Source: an uncultured Candidatus Saccharibacteria bacterium
GTDB taxonomy: Bacteria; Patescibacteriota; Minisyncoccia; Phycocordibacterales; UBA2100
Direction of reading: 5' to 3'
DNA: 64,000 nucleotides
NCBI GenBank assembly: GCA_964362175.1
Contig: CAYIDD010000005.1
Coordinates: 44-64,043, forward strand
The first letter of the stretch is position 1; each line of letters opens with the position of its first letter. A program made the translations under genes and the position numbers. This document shows, in pieces, positions 9,001 to 18,844 of this stretch. Under the pieces are notes generated by a model, which had not been told where the DNA came from, ran no database searches, and saw only the letters and a list, made by a program, of their open reading frames with translations.

Positions 9001-9585
9001 GTGATATTCGACTACCATATCGTGTTGAGTGGTATCGGCATTGCTGTTGCGGCGTTGCGATACATCCTGTATTTCAGAGACATCAACCGCGGTACGGTAA
9101 AACCGCACGTGTTCTCGTGGTTTTTGTGGGGATTGCTCACAGGAATTATCTTTGTCGCGCAATTTGTCTCGGGGGCAGGCCCTGCCGCCTGGGTGGCGGG
9201 ATTTGTTACTGTTGCTTGCTTCGGAATCTCCGTCTTCGCTTTCTACAAAGGATCAACGGATATCGTTGCTTCGGATTGGGTCTGCCTCGTGGGGGCTCTT
9301 GGCGCTATCGGGCTGTGGCAACTAACAAGCAATCCGCTCGCGGCAGTCATCATTGTCATGATCGCGGATGGAATTAGCTACATACCAACGTATCGAAAAT
9401 CATTTCATAAACCATACGAAGAATCTGCGTCTGGTTTTGCGCTCGCGGCCTCGCGTTCGGTATTTGCGCTTGCAGCCCTTGAATCTTTTGCGACAGTCAA
9501 TTGGATCCACACCGCCTTTCTCATCTTCGCTGACGGTGGTTGCGCGGTATTTTTGTGGATCCGCCGTAAACAACTGAAGGCATGA
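9001..9585 (+). CDS. hypothetical polytopic membrane protein, paralog 1 of a tandem pair
   Basis: 194 aa. Shares FRDI, KPHVFSWF(L/I)W and SDWVCL motifs with the next gene. Confidence 0.5.
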   Translation: MIFDYHIVLSGIGIAVAALRYILYFRDINRGTVKPHVFSWFLWGLLTGIIFVAQFVSGAGPAAWVAGFVTVACFGISVFAFYKGSTDIVASDWVCLVGALGAIGLWQLTSNPLAAVIIVMIADGISYIPTYRKSFHKPYEESASGFALAASRSVFALAALESFATVNWIHTAFLIFADGGCAVFLWIRRKQLKA

Positions 9586-10181
9586 TCTACGACTATCATG
9601 TTGTTTTCGCCACGCTCGGCACTGGTATCGGACTCTTGAGCTTCGTGCCGTACTTTCGGGACATTCTGAACAACTCAACAAAGCCGCACGTATTTTCATG
9701 GTTTATCTGGTCGCTCCTTGTCGGGGTCACGTTCCTCATTCAAGTTGCCGAGGGGGGTGGCATTGGCGCGGTCGTAACGGGCATCGAGGCGCTGTGTTGC
9801 GCTGCTGTCACCGTGTTCGCGTATACGCGCGGAGAGAAAAATATCACACGCTCGGATTGGGTGTGTTTGTGTCTGGCGCTTCTGGCTATCGTACTGTGGC
9901 GCCTCGCGCACCAACCACTGCTCGCGGTCTTGCTCGTTATATGTGCGGATATGTTCGCGTATATCCCCACACTCCGGAAATCATACGTTAGACCGCACGA
10001 AGAAACGGTTTCACAGTACGCGCTCTCTGCCGTGCATTGGGTCTTGGCCGTTGCCGCATTGCAAACGTTCCTGTTGACGACCTGGCTGTATCCCGCGTGG
10101 ATGGCAGTGTTTGACGCCGTCCTTGTCGCGACCATCCTCATCCGTCGCCGACAATTACTTGCTCTGCCTCCTCGTGTTTGA
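9582..10181 (+). CDS. hypothetical polytopic membrane protein, paralog 2 of a tandem pair
   Basis: 199 aa. 4-nt ATGA overlap with paralog 1. Clearly homologous over the full length. Confidence 0.5.
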   Translation: MIYDYHVVFATLGTGIGLLSFVPYFRDILNNSTKPHVFSWFIWSLLVGVTFLIQVAEGGGIGAVVTGIEALCCAAVTVFAYTRGEKNITRSDWVCLCLALLAIVLWRLAHQPLLAVLLVICADMFAYIPTLRKSYVRPHEETVSQYALSAVHWVLAVAALQTFLLTTWLYPAWMAVFDAVLVATILIRRRQLLALPPRV

Positions 10182-10204
10182 TATACATGATATTTCTGGC
10201 AGGG

Positions 10205-10450
10205 GAATCGTTCCCCGTTAGCCCAGTGTTCCTAATCCGGGAGGTGAAAGTGGCGAAGAAGCCCTTACGCGGTGTTCGTAAACGCGGAGTACGGATCGTT
10301 CCGCGAGGCGGCAAGTCGAAAGGGCGCACGGAGAATGCCCGTTCACAAGACCAGGCTCAATCTTGGAGACGGTCATCCGGCAAGGGTTGGAAGCCGCATG
10401 ACGTGAGTCCGTGGGGCGGCTGGTGACCCAGTGTCCTGAATTAGCCGGCG
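10205..10450 (+). ncRNA. candidate structured non-coding RNA (possible SRP-RNA-like helix-8 motif); strand and identity uncertain
   Basis: About 245-nt GC-rich, non-coding-looking gap. The only ORF (10178-10426) is Arg-rich low complexity. Segment ggtcatccggcaagggttggaagccgcatgacg (10371-10403) resembles SRP RNA ...GGUCAGGUCCGGAAGGAAGCAGCC...AUGACG. Direct repeats cccagtgtYcctRaat...ccgg at 10222-10240 and 10427-10448. Confidence 0.25.
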
Positions 10451-10507
10451 GAGTCCTTGGGACCCGCCGGCTGTATCTTTTTCGGGCAAATGCTAGTATG
10501 TTCTGCA

Positions 10508-11338
10508 ATGAGTGGGCGTAACTTTCGGGACCTCCTTGAGAAGCAATGGGAGCAAGGTAAATTCCTTTGCGTGGGACTTGATAGCGATTTTGAGAAAATT
10601 CCGGAGGCGGTCCGGAAGACGGGTGTGGGCGAGACCATCGTCGCATTCAACCGTGCCATTATCGATACGACGAAAGATCTTGTAAGCGCATACAAGCCAA
10701 ACAGCGCATTTTATGAAGCACACGGCGACGAGGGATGGAGGGCGCTTCGCGAGACCGTGCAATACATTCGTGATCAGGCGCCCGATGTGCCGGTCATTCT
10801 CGATGCGAAGCGGGCTGATATCGGTAACACGAATGCGGGATATGTCGCATCGGCATTCGATCATTTGCGTGCGGATGCGATCACGGTAAATCCATATCCC
10901 GGCCGCGAGGCACTTGCCCCCTTCCTTGACCGAAAAGACAAGGGCGTCATCGTCTGGTGCCGAACCTCGAACGAAGGTGCGGGGGAATTTCAAGATATGT
11001 CAGTCAACGGCGATCCACTCTACATGGTCGTTGCCCGTCATGTTGCGCACGAGTGGAATACGAACGGAAATTGCGGGCTGGTGGTAGGGGCAACGTATAC
11101 CGAGGAGTTGCGCCGGGTGCGCGGTGCCGCAGGTGATATGCCCATTCTCATTCCGGCGATCGGCACGCAAAATGGGGACATCAAGAAAACGGTGAAAGCA
11201 GGCAAGGATTCGCGGGGGCACGGCATGATCATCAGTGCTTCGCGCGCCATCATATTCGCTTCCAGCGGAACGAATTTTGCCGAGGCTGCCCGAGAGAAGG
11301 TCACAGAGTTCGATGGCACAATCCGTGCGGCGTTATAG
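10508..11338 (+). CDS. pyrF: orotidine 5'-phosphate decarboxylase (type 2, long form)
   Basis: DAKRADIGNT motif. Start placed at MSGRNFRDLL within ORF 10457-11338. Confidence 0.85.
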   Translation: MSGRNFRDLLEKQWEQGKFLCVGLDSDFEKIPEAVRKTGVGETIVAFNRAIIDTTKDLVSAYKPNSAFYEAHGDEGWRALRETVQYIRDQAPDVPVILDAKRADIGNTNAGYVASAFDHLRADAITVNPYPGREALAPFLDRKDKGVIVWCRTSNEGAGEFQDMSVNGDPLYMVVARHVAHEWNTNGNCGLVVGATYTEELRRVRGAAGDMPILIPAIGTQNGDIKKTVKAGKDSRGHGMIISASRAIIFASSGTNFAEAAREKVTEFDGTIRAAL

Positions 11339-11349
11339 AATATCCCGAT

Positions 11350-11979
11350 ATGGACGAAGCACAAGTTCTGGAGTTGCTGCAAAAAGTCGGGGCATTCCGG
11401 AGCGGACATTTTGTGTTTACCTCCGGCAGGCACAGCGATTCATATGTACTCAAAGATGCGATGTATGCGTATACGCGCGAGACTTCTCAAGTGTGTCGTG
11501 AAATGGCCGAGCGATTCAAGGATGCGGGTGTAGAGGCCGTCATAGGTCCCGCGATCGGCGCCGCGATACTTGCGCAGTGGACGGCACATCACTTGAGCGA
11601 AATGACGGGGCGCGAGGTGTTTGGCGTGTATGCGGACAAGGACGGTAAGGGCGGGTTTATCATCAAGCGCGGATATGACCGAGTGATAAAAGGCAAAAAG
11701 ACCCTGATCGTCGAGGACCTCACAACGACCGGCGGTTCCATCGCGAAGGTGGTTGAAGCCGCGCGAGCCGCCGGAGCGGACGTGGTGGGTGCCATTGCAC
11801 TCGTTAACCGCGGTGATGTAACAAAAGAACAGGTGGGGAATCCCCCGGTGTTCGCTCAGCTCTTGAATGTGCAACTCGATTCATGGGAAGAAAAAGACTG
11901 TGAATTATGCGAGAAGGGGATTCCGGTCAATACCGATATCGGGCACGGGAGGGAGTTTTTGGCGCGAAAGGCGGCATAA
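11350..11979 (+). CDS. pyrE: orotate phosphoribosyltransferase-like (type I PRTase)
   Basis: 209 aa. PRPP-binding motif LIVEDLTTTGGS. Directly downstream of pyrF. Confidence 0.75.
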   Translation: MDEAQVLELLQKVGAFRSGHFVFTSGRHSDSYVLKDAMYAYTRETSQVCREMAERFKDAGVEAVIGPAIGAAILAQWTAHHLSEMTGREVFGVYADKDGKGGFIIKRGYDRVIKGKKTLIVEDLTTTGGSIAKVVEAARAAGADVVGAIALVNRGDVTKEQVGNPPVFAQLLNVQLDSWEEKDCELCEKGIPVNTDIGHGREFLARKAA

Positions 11980-12042
11980 TATGCGTGCAAGGATGTCGTG
12001 TGTGATACAATTCGCGCATATCAGTTTTGTTCTTAAATATTT

Positions 12043-12549
12043 ATGAAACAACTCGGGTGGATTATCGCGATCATAGCAATTCTCGGCGGTGCATATTGGT
12101 GGTGGCAGGGTTCAAGCGCTTCTCCCTCGATCGATACCGGAGCGTCTTCAGCGGTGCCAGGAACAGAAAGCGCCGCTGTCCAAGGGACACCGATGCCTGT
12201 TGTAGGCAGTGTCACGGAGGAAATGATCGTCACAGCACCGATGACAGCAACCGTGACGTACACGAGCAACGGCTTCTCACCGAAAGAGGTGACCGTTAAA
12301 AAGGGAGGCACCGTGATGTGGAAGAACACAAGTGGCGGAAAGATGTGGGTCGCCTCAGCCCAGCATCCCTCGCACACCGTCTACGCCGGCACGACACGTG
12401 AGGAGCACTGTCCGGACACGGCAAGAACCGCATTCGATCAGTGTGTGGGCGGGGGCGACTACTCATTTACCTTCGATAAAGTGGGGACGTGGGGTTATCA
12501 CGACCATCTCAAGTCCAGCTTTTTCGGAAAGATAACGGTCATTGAGTAG
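12043..12549 (+). CDS. membrane-anchored cupredoxin-like (plastocyanin/amicyanin-type) domain protein
   Basis: 168 aa. N-terminal TM. VTVKKGGTVMWKN...H...C...GYHDH pattern is compatible with a type-1 copper site. Confidence 0.4.
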   Translation: MKQLGWIIAIIAILGGAYWWWQGSSASPSIDTGASSAVPGTESAAVQGTPMPVVGSVTEEMIVTAPMTATVTYTSNGFSPKEVTVKKGGTVMWKNTSGGKMWVASAQHPSHTVYAGTTREEHCPDTARTAFDQCVGGGDYSFTFDKVGTWGYHDHLKSSFFGKITVIE

Positions 12550-12573
12550 CTCGATGGCCTCGCCACAAGCAGC

Positions 12574-12954
12574 ATGGATCGCGAAAGACTCGCACGCCTG
12601 GCATTGCAAATAGGGGTGGCGTTTGCCTTCCTGTATCCGCCCCTGAACGCACTCGTGGACCCCTCTGCGTGGGTCGGCTACTTCCCGCCTTTTATGAGGG
12701 GGTATGCACCTGACGACGTGCTTCTCCACGCGTTCGGCATCGCGGAGGTCGTGATAGCGCTCTGGATCCTTTCGGGGTGGCGCATATTCTGGCCATCGAC
12801 TGCAGCAACCGCGCTGCTTCTCGGCATCGTCGTGTTTAATCCGGGGAATTTTCAGGTGCTTTTCCGCGACCTGTCGATTGCCGCAATGGCTTTATCGCTT
12901 GCTATGGTAAGCTGGCGGGATGAAACACGATCCGGAATTGCCTCCGAAGCTTGA
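12574..12954 (+). CDS. small membrane protein, DoxX-like
   Basis: 126 aa with 3-4 hydrophobic helices. Confidence 0.4.
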   Translation: MDRERLARLALQIGVAFAFLYPPLNALVDPSAWVGYFPPFMRGYAPDDVLLHAFGIAEVVIALWILSGWRIFWPSTAATALLLGIVVFNPGNFQVLFRDLSIAAMALSLAMVSWRDETRSGIASEA

Positions 12955-13891
12955 ACTGTCGTTTGAGCGTGTCGAGGTTCTGCGTTACGGCGAGAACCCG
13001 CACCAAAATGCCGCGCTCTATCTTGACCCGAGCGACAAGCGGCCGGGCGTAGCGACTGCGCGCAAAGTGCAGGGAAAAGAGCTCAGTTTCAACAACCTGC
13101 AGGATGCCGACGCAGCATTTGAGTGTGTTGCGGAGTTCGATGAACCGGCGGTCGTTATCGTGAAGCACATGAATCCGTGCGGTGTTGCGGTCAGCGAGAA
13201 TGTGCACGACGCATATCTCCGCGCGTTCGCCTGCGACACCGTCTCTGCATTCGGTGGTATCGTCGCTTTGAATTCAACGTTGACGGCGGCGCTTGCGAGC
13301 GAGCTCGTGAAAATATTTCTCGAAGTCATCGTGGCACCTGACGCCGAAGACGATGCGCTCGCGATTCTTTCTGTAAAGCCGAACATCCGCATTCTTCTCA
13401 CGGGCGGAATGCCCGACCCTGCCGAGAAGCGAGAGGTGATCAAATCCATCGCCGGGGGCATCTTAGTGCAATCCACGGATGGCATGGTGTTTGACGGGGA
13501 AGTGAGGACGGTCACAAAACGTTCTCCGACCACGAAGGAGCTCGAAGACATGATGTTCGCGTTCACGGTGTGCAAGCATGTGAAGTCCAACGCGATCGTG
13601 TATGCGAAGAATGGCGCGACGATCGGCATCGGCGCCGGCCAGATGAGCCGCATCTATTCCGCGAGGCTCGCCGCCATCAAGGCGGGGGATGAAAGGCTCT
13701 CGCTCAAAGGAGCCGCAATGGCATCCGACGCGTTCATGCCGTTCCCTGACTGTGTGGAGGCGGCGGCGGCGGCGGGTGCGACGGCGATAATCCAGCCGGG
13801 CGGCTCACTCAGGGATCAAGATTCAATTGATGCGGCAGATGCTGCAGGAATGGCGATGGTCTTCACCGGCATCCGGCATTTCAGGCACTAA
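12920..13891 (+). CDS. purH: AICAR transformylase domain protein (PurH C-terminal AICARFT domain only; no IMP cyclohydrolase/MGS domain)
   Basis: 323 aa. [19 protein letters not shown] and [17 protein letters not shown] motifs of the PurH formyltransferase domain. Overlaps the upstream ORF by 35 nt. Confidence 0.75.
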   Translation: MKHDPELPPKLELSFERVEVLRYGENPHQNAALYLDPSDKRPGVATARKVQGKELSFNNLQDADAAFECVAEFDEPAVVIVKHMNPCGVAVSENVHDAYLRAFACDTVSAFGGIVALNSTLTAALASELVKIFLEVIVAPDAEDDALAILSVKPNIRILLTGGMPDPAEKREVIKSIAGGILVQSTDGMVFDGEVRTVTKRSPTTKELEDMMFAFTVCKHVKSNAIVYAKNGATIGIGAGQMSRIYSARLAAIKAGDERLSLKGAAMASDAFMPFPDCVEAAAAAGATAIIQPGGSLRDQDSIDAADAAGMAMVFTGIRHFRH

Positions 13892-13949
13892 AAAAGCCGC
13901 CATATACCGGGCGGCGCGGTTTCAATCGCTCATCTGCGCGCGATTGGTA

Positions 13950-14282
13950 TCAATTGTTGGAAACGACGTGCCGCGTTTCCTCCACAGGAGCTGCCGGTGG
14001 GTAATCCTCTATATCGGTTACCGAAGACGGAATGAGCCAGATGCTCGGGACGATGTCCTGGGATCCCTGCACGTTGGAGACCCGAACCTGCTCGTGGTTG
14101 CCGATCTCCTCCACCGTGAGGTCATCGCGCCCCAGATTTCTCACGACTGGTTCCATCACGCTGTTGTTGAGTTTCCCGAGCGCGCTTCGTAACCGCACCG
14201 GATCGCCGACGTTGTGCCGGTAGCGGGTCACGGGGCGGGGGATACGATACACCGGATACATGTGCCACTGATCCTTCAGCAT
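13950..14282 (-). CDS. hypothetical protein (110 aa)
   Basis: ORF 13950-14354. Start placed at MLKDQWHM, preceded by aggaaagga. No recognised motif. Confidence 0.3.
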   Translation of the reverse strand: MLKDQWHMYPVYRIPRPVTRYRHNVGDPVRLRSALGKLNNSVMEPVVRNLGRDDLTVEEIGNHEQVRVSNVQGSQDIVPSIWLIPSSVTDIEDYPPAAPVEETRHVVSNN

Positions 14283-14508
14283 GGCGCTTCCTTTCCTAAA
14301 GCAGGAACATACCTGCCTGAACGAAAGTATATAAAGGATAAGGAAATAAGCCAAGTCTTGGGGGGGGGTAAATTTGCAGATTCATCACAATTTGTTATAA
14401 ATACAACAATGCGAAAGGATCAGTTGAGTACTTAGTCGCCAGTTGCTTTCACTCTCTCGTCCGCAAGAAAGTGCCAAAGAGCAGCACTGCGGGAACTCTG
14501 GCCCCTGC

Positions 14509-15456
14509 TCATGCTCTGCGCAAGCTCATGTAAATATCCTCAAGCGCTTTCACGGCGTCGCCGGCAGCGATGTTGTTCTGGTGATAGAGGCCATCGGTGA
14601 CGTCACCCGCTGCCCAGATGCGAGGATGGGAGGTTTGATGGGTGCGTGGGTCGACTTTAATTTGTTTAACCTCCGTCATATCGATTACGTTGCCGATCCA
14701 TCCGGTATTGGGAATCAGTCCGATCTCGACGAAGACGCCCTCCACGGGAAGAAGTTCCTCTTTACCGCTCTTTGTGTCTTTCCAGCGCAAGCCGGTAACA
14801 AATTGGGAGCCTTCGACGGCAAGTATCTCCGAATTTTTTACTATTCGCATATTGGGATGCGCGAGCGCAGCGTCGACACTTATCTTGTCTGCCTTGAATG
14901 TTTCGCCACGGTTAAAAAGCGTCACCGTCTTGCAGTACGCGAGGAGTTGGAGCGCGGTCTCGAATGCGGCGTTGCCGCCGCCGATAACCGCAACATCTTT
15001 GTCGGCAAAGAGCGGACCGTCGCAGCTTGCGCAATATGTAAGGCCCTTTTGATCGAATTGCGCAGCACCGGGCACGTTAAGTTTTCGGCGATTGGCGCCT
15101 GTCGTTATGAGCAGCGCCTCTACGTTGTACGTCGTTTTTTCTTTTCCGCCCGCAGTGGCGACCACAATATCCACCGAGTCATCGTGTGGTGTGAGCGATT
15201 CTGCGAGGGCGGGGGAAACGACGGTGAGCCACCCGCCCGCGTAGGCTTCGACGTGTTTGCGCAGGTTTGCTGCAAGTTCGGCGCCCGAAAGAGACGGAGT
15301 GCCTACCCAGTTCTGCACGTCAGTCGAAACGGTGCTCTGACCGCCCCATTCGGAGGTGATAAAAACGGTTTTGAGGCGTTTGCGCGCGGCGTAAATTGCC
15401 GCGGCGGCCCCTGCGGGGCCGCCGCCTACTATCGCAAGTTCATAGGTGTCCGTCAC
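14509..15456 (-). CDS. trxB: thioredoxin-disulfide reductase
   Basis: AIVGGGPAGAAAAIYAARK FAD motif. Redox-active CASCDG. VIGGGNAAFE NADPH motif. Confidence 0.9.
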   Translation of the reverse strand: MTDTYELAIVGGGPAGAAAAIYAARKRLKTVFITSEWGGQSTVSTDVQNWVGTPSLSGAELAANLRKHVEAYAGGWLTVVSPALAESLTPHDDSVDIVVATAGGKEKTTYNVEALLITTGANRRKLNVPGAAQFDQKGLTYCASCDGPLFADKDVAVIGGGNAAFETALQLLAYCKTVTLFNRGETFKADKISVDAALAHPNMRIVKNSEILAVEGSQFVTGLRWKDTKSGKEELLPVEGVFVEIGLIPNTGWIGNVIDMTEVKQIKVDPRTHQTSHPRIWAAGDVTDGLYHQNNIAAGDAVKALEDIYMSLRRA

Positions 15457-15495
15457 GGCACCATTCTACACTATTGTGGTGAGCGATTGAAGCGC

Positions 15496-16692
15496 TTACC
15501 TTCGTCGCAGGAAAGACGGCAAACCGCCCCAGGTATCGTCCTCATCCTCTTCTTTAGGAGGGGTTACCTTAGTGGGTTCCGGTTTGGGGGCTTCTTTCAC
15601 TAGTTTTTCCTGACGATGAAGGACTTCTTCCCGCCGCATCTCTTCCCGTGCGCGCGGGTTCACGGGGGGGACATCCTGGTCTTTCCTGGCGACGACCCGT
15701 TGCGAGCCGACGAAAAGAGTACCGCGCTGCCCCGGCTCGGGAAAGCCCGTGGCGATGACAGTCACGCGTACCTGACCCTTCTTGAGCGAAGGATCGGTGA
15801 CGGCGCCGAAGATGACCTTCGCGTCCGGATCGATCGCTTCGGTGATTACATTGGCCGCATCCTGTACCTCAAGCATTCCCAGGTCATCACCGCCGGCGAC
15901 CGAGAACAGGACACCCTTGGCACCCTGAATGGAGACCTCGAGCAGCGGCGAATTGATGGCGGCACGTGCGGCCATTTCTGCGCGGTGTTCGCCGATCGCG
16001 GTACCGATACCCATGAGCGCAGAACCGGCATTGTGCATGATGGTGCGTACGTCGGCGAAGTCGACGTTGATGATACCGGTCTGCGTAATGAGGTCGGAAA
16101 TACCCTCAACCGCCTGTTTCAATATGTCGTCGCACATGGCAAAGGCATTTTTGATGCCCGTCTCACGCGATACGATGCTCAGGAGTTTGTCGTTGGGGAT
16201 GATGATGAGCGCGTCCACTGCTTTGCGTAATTCTGCCAATCCCGCTTCCGCCAAACGCATGCGCTGCTGACCCTCGAATCCGAAGGGGCGCGTTACCACC
16301 CCGACCGTGAGAGCGCCGAGTTCGCGCGCGACTTTTGCAACAACGGGCGCCGCACCCGTGCCCGTGCCGCCACCCATTCCGCACGTGATGAACACCATGT
16401 CAGAACCTTTGATCGCTTCCTGAATGTCCTCGCGCGTTTCTTCTGCGGCTTGTTTGCCGAGATCTGCATTCATCCCCGCGCCGAGGCCCCGAGTGAGATT
16501 TTTACCGATATGGATCTTGCGCTTCGCTTTTGATTTGTGGAGATCCTGTCCGTCGGTGTTGATGGCAATGAAATCGACTCCCTGCACATGCGAACTCACC
16601 ATGTGATTGACCGCGTTGCCCCCTGAACCTCCGACTCCGATTACCCGTATCCGCGCGAATGACTCGACATCCGGCTTCACTTGTTTGGTCAT
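15496..16692 (-). CDS. ftsZ: cell division GTPase FtsZ
   Basis: [14 protein letters not shown] and [18 protein letters not shown] tubulin signatures. Start placed at MTKQVKPD. Confidence 0.9.
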   Translation of the reverse strand: MTKQVKPDVESFARIRVIGVGGSGGNAVNHMVSSHVQGVDFIAINTDGQDLHKSKAKRKIHIGKNLTRGLGAGMNADLGKQAAEETREDIQEAIKGSDMVFITCGMGGGTGTGAAPVVAKVARELGALTVGVVTRPFGFEGQQRMRLAEAGLAELRKAVDALIIIPNDKLLSIVSRETGIKNAFAMCDDILKQAVEGISDLITQTGIINVDFADVRTIMHNAGSALMGIGTAIGEHRAEMAARAAINSPLLEVSIQGAKGVLFSVAGGDDLGMLEVQDAANVITEAIDPDAKVIFGAVTDPSLKKGQVRVTVIATGFPEPGQRGTLFVGSQRVVARKDQDVPPVNPRAREEMRREEVLHRQEKLVKEAPKPEPTKVTPPKEEDEDDTWGGLPSFLRRR

Positions 16693-16832
16693 AGTGGGGA
16701 CATCATAACAGCGACGAACAAAAGGGCAAACTTGACTCATTCAGCTTATAATGTTTCAATTCTCGTCCATCAACATCGTAAGTCGTTATATAAATGAGGT
16801 CAGACCTCACTGCATATCTCCGTGGCAAGCGT

Positions 16833-18005
16833 TTACGGGAGCAAACTTCGCAAACCCTGCTTGAGAGAATCCCACGCATCGAGGAAGACGCCCCCAAGCG
16901 AATGCATGCCGCCACTCCTATCCTCCGCGTAGCCCCAACGGCACAGCCCGTAGGCGACAGCCCACGTCACGTCGATCCCTGATGAGCGGGGAAGCTGGCC
17001 GATCTGTGCGACTTGTGAGGGCAGGCGCAATACTTCGCGCGCTATTTCAGCTGCCGAGGCGAGCCCCGAGCCACCGCCGGTGATAACGATCCCTGCGGGA
17101 AGCAGGCGATGCCGACCGATGGTTCTGAGGTGGGAATTTATGAGCGTATACATTTCTTTGAGCCGCATACCGACGATGGTGAGCATCTTTCTCTCCGGAA
17201 CATCGCTGCCGGTGACACCACCGCGCTTCAGGCTCTCCGCTTCAGGAAGGGGAACGCGGAAAGAAAGGGCGATGGATTCTGTTATTGCTGAGGAGCCCGT
17301 GGGGAATATTTTGAGCGAGATCGGTATGTCGTTCTCGAACACGACGAGAGAAAGCGTCTCAGAACCGATGTTCGCAAGCACAACACCCGCGGTCTTTTGT
17401 GCCTGTGAGAGCGTTACGAGGCTCGCCGCGAGGGGGGAGGCCATCACGCCCTCCACTTCCACACCGGTCGATTCCACCGCCTCAACAAGGTCCTCCTGAT
17501 GTTGGGAGAGCATCGTGATGAGAATGGTATCGACGGAGAGCCGCGTCCCCTGCAGACCCTGTGGTTTGCCGAAGACTTTTGTACCATCAACGCGATATTC
17601 GAGCGGTATGGCATGAATGACCGTACGATTGGTCAATTTGGAAGCGGCCTTTTTCTCGCTATCCCGAAGTGCGCGTTCTATCTCGCGATTGGTAACAATG
17701 CCACCCGATGCGGTGAGCGCGGCTTCGCCCGAACTACGTATCTCATCGAGCCCGATGCCGCCTAAGCCAACACGTGCACTGCGGACCTTCACTTTCGCCG
17801 CTCCCATGGCCCGCCCGAGCGCCTCGCGGATGCTTTTGGCGGCTTCTTTCTTATCAATAATGTAACCATGGCGGAGTCCCCGTGAGGAGGATGTGCCCGT
17901 GCCGAGAATAGTGAGGGGGAGATCGGGAGTGCCGCCAGGCGCGGCGATAACGACCTTCACATGGTACGTACCGATGTCTATTCCCGTGTAGATCCGCTGT
18001 GCCAT
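16833..18005 (-). CDS. ftsA: cell division protein FtsA (actin-like ATPase)
   Basis: GIDIGTYHVKVVIA phosphate-1 motif and VITGGGSGL. Immediately upstream of ftsZ. Confidence 0.85.
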   Translation of the reverse strand: MAQRIYTGIDIGTYHVKVVIAAPGGTPDLPLTILGTGTSSSRGLRHGYIIDKKEAAKSIREALGRAMGAAKVKVRSARVGLGGIGLDEIRSSGEAALTASGGIVTNREIERALRDSEKKAASKLTNRTVIHAIPLEYRVDGTKVFGKPQGLQGTRLSVDTILITMLSQHQEDLVEAVESTGVEVEGVMASPLAASLVTLSQAQKTAGVVLANIGSETLSLVVFENDIPISLKIFPTGSSAITESIALSFRVPLPEAESLKRGGVTGSDVPERKMLTIVGMRLKEMYTLINSHLRTIGRHRLLPAGIVITGGGSGLASAAEIAREVLRLPSQVAQIGQLPRSSGIDVTWAVAYGLCRWGYAEDRSGGMHSLGGVFLDAWDSLKQGLRSLLP

Positions 18006-18394
18006 TGAAAAGAGAAAGCGCGCAGGATGCGGCGCTCCTTAGCCTCCATTGTACGCCCATGCCGCAACCCCTTCAAATGAAAACATCCGTGGACAAATAA
18101 AAGTGCCAAGCGTTCGCGGAGCGGGACACCGCACTGCCGCGCTTCGCGTTCTGCTTTGCGCACATTCAAAAATATCTCTCCCTCCCGCTTGGTAAGCGGA
18201 AAAGAGAGTACGTTGGGTGCATACGCTTTTTTCCGGTACTTCACATTCATGCGGCGGGCTAGCGTATCGCCGCAGACGACAAGCGAGAGTTCGTACGAGG
18301 GCCCGAGAATGGCGAGAGCCACTCTTTCAAAGGGAACCGACGGCACAGGGCCGTGACAAGTCCGTTTTATTGAAGTGATGGAGGTGGAACGCAT
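17978..18394 (-). CDS. ybeY: rRNA maturation endoribonuclease YbeY
   Basis: C-terminal ...FVHGCFHLKGLRHG... matches the HGxLHLxGYDH metal site. Start MRSTS overlaps the rpsU stop (TAATG). The ORF track's 246-aa extension upstream is rejected. Confidence 0.7.
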   Translation of the reverse strand: MRSTSITSIKRTCHGPVPSVPFERVALAILGPSYELSLVVCGDTLARRMNVKYRKKAYAPNVLSFPLTKREGEIFLNVRKAEREARQCGVPLRERLALLFVHGCFHLKGLRHGRTMEAKERRILRAFSFQWHSGSTRE

Positions 18395-18699
18395 TAGCGT
18401 GCCGGTGCGGTCTCTGCGGGTTTCTGTGCTTGCGGCTGCTCGCGATTGAACGGGCGACCGCGACCGACCGGGACCTCGGAGACTTTGCCCTCCTTTACGA
18501 GCCGTTTGAACTCTGCACGGCGCTTCAAAAGCTTGAGCGCGCGCTTTTTCTTGACGATCTTTGATGCTCCGCGCAGGAAATAGCGCTGGCCGCGAACTGT
18601 GCGGACCAACCCCGTGCCCTGGACGCGGCGGCTGAATTTGCGAATGGTGGAGAGCGTGCTCTCGTTGCCGCTCTTGGAAACTTCTGCGTTGATACTCAT
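18394..18699 (-). CDS. rpsU: 30S ribosomal protein S21-like with basic C-terminal extension
   Basis: 101 aa. ...IRKFSRRVQ...R..YF... and a Lys/Arg-rich tail typical of bS21. Confidence 0.55.
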   Translation of the reverse strand: MSINAEVSKSGNESTLSTIRKFSRRVQGTGLVRTVRGQRYFLRGASKIVKKKRALKLLKRRAEFKRLVKEGKVSEVPVGRGRPFNREQPQAQKPAETAPAR

Positions 18700-18844
18700 G
18701 TGGGGGAAAGAATAGCAAAGATAGGCTATAAAGTCAAAAGCTTTTTGTCGGCGCCATTGACAACATACGAAATATGGGGCATTTTGTTTTAACGAACAGG
18801 CAGTCGACCGACTGCTTGGCGAGGTCTTTTAGGAGGAGGCGACA

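Noticed and set aside
10178-10426. 82-aa ORF (MIYMIFLAGESFPV...)
   Set aside because: Arg/Lys/Gly-rich low complexity, generated by a GC-rich, apparently structured non-coding region. Treated as a candidate ncRNA instead.
14443-15603. 386-aa ORF on the + strand
   Set aside because: It lies entirely antisense to the well-supported trxB gene. Its composition is Arg/Gly/Cys-rich, typical of a GC-rich shadow ORF. No motifs.
18395-18718. N-terminal 108 residues of the 246-aa ORF fused to ybeY
   Set aside because: This part overlaps rpsU on the same strand in another frame and is Arg/Pro/Gln-rich. The YbeY domain starts at the internal Met at 18394.
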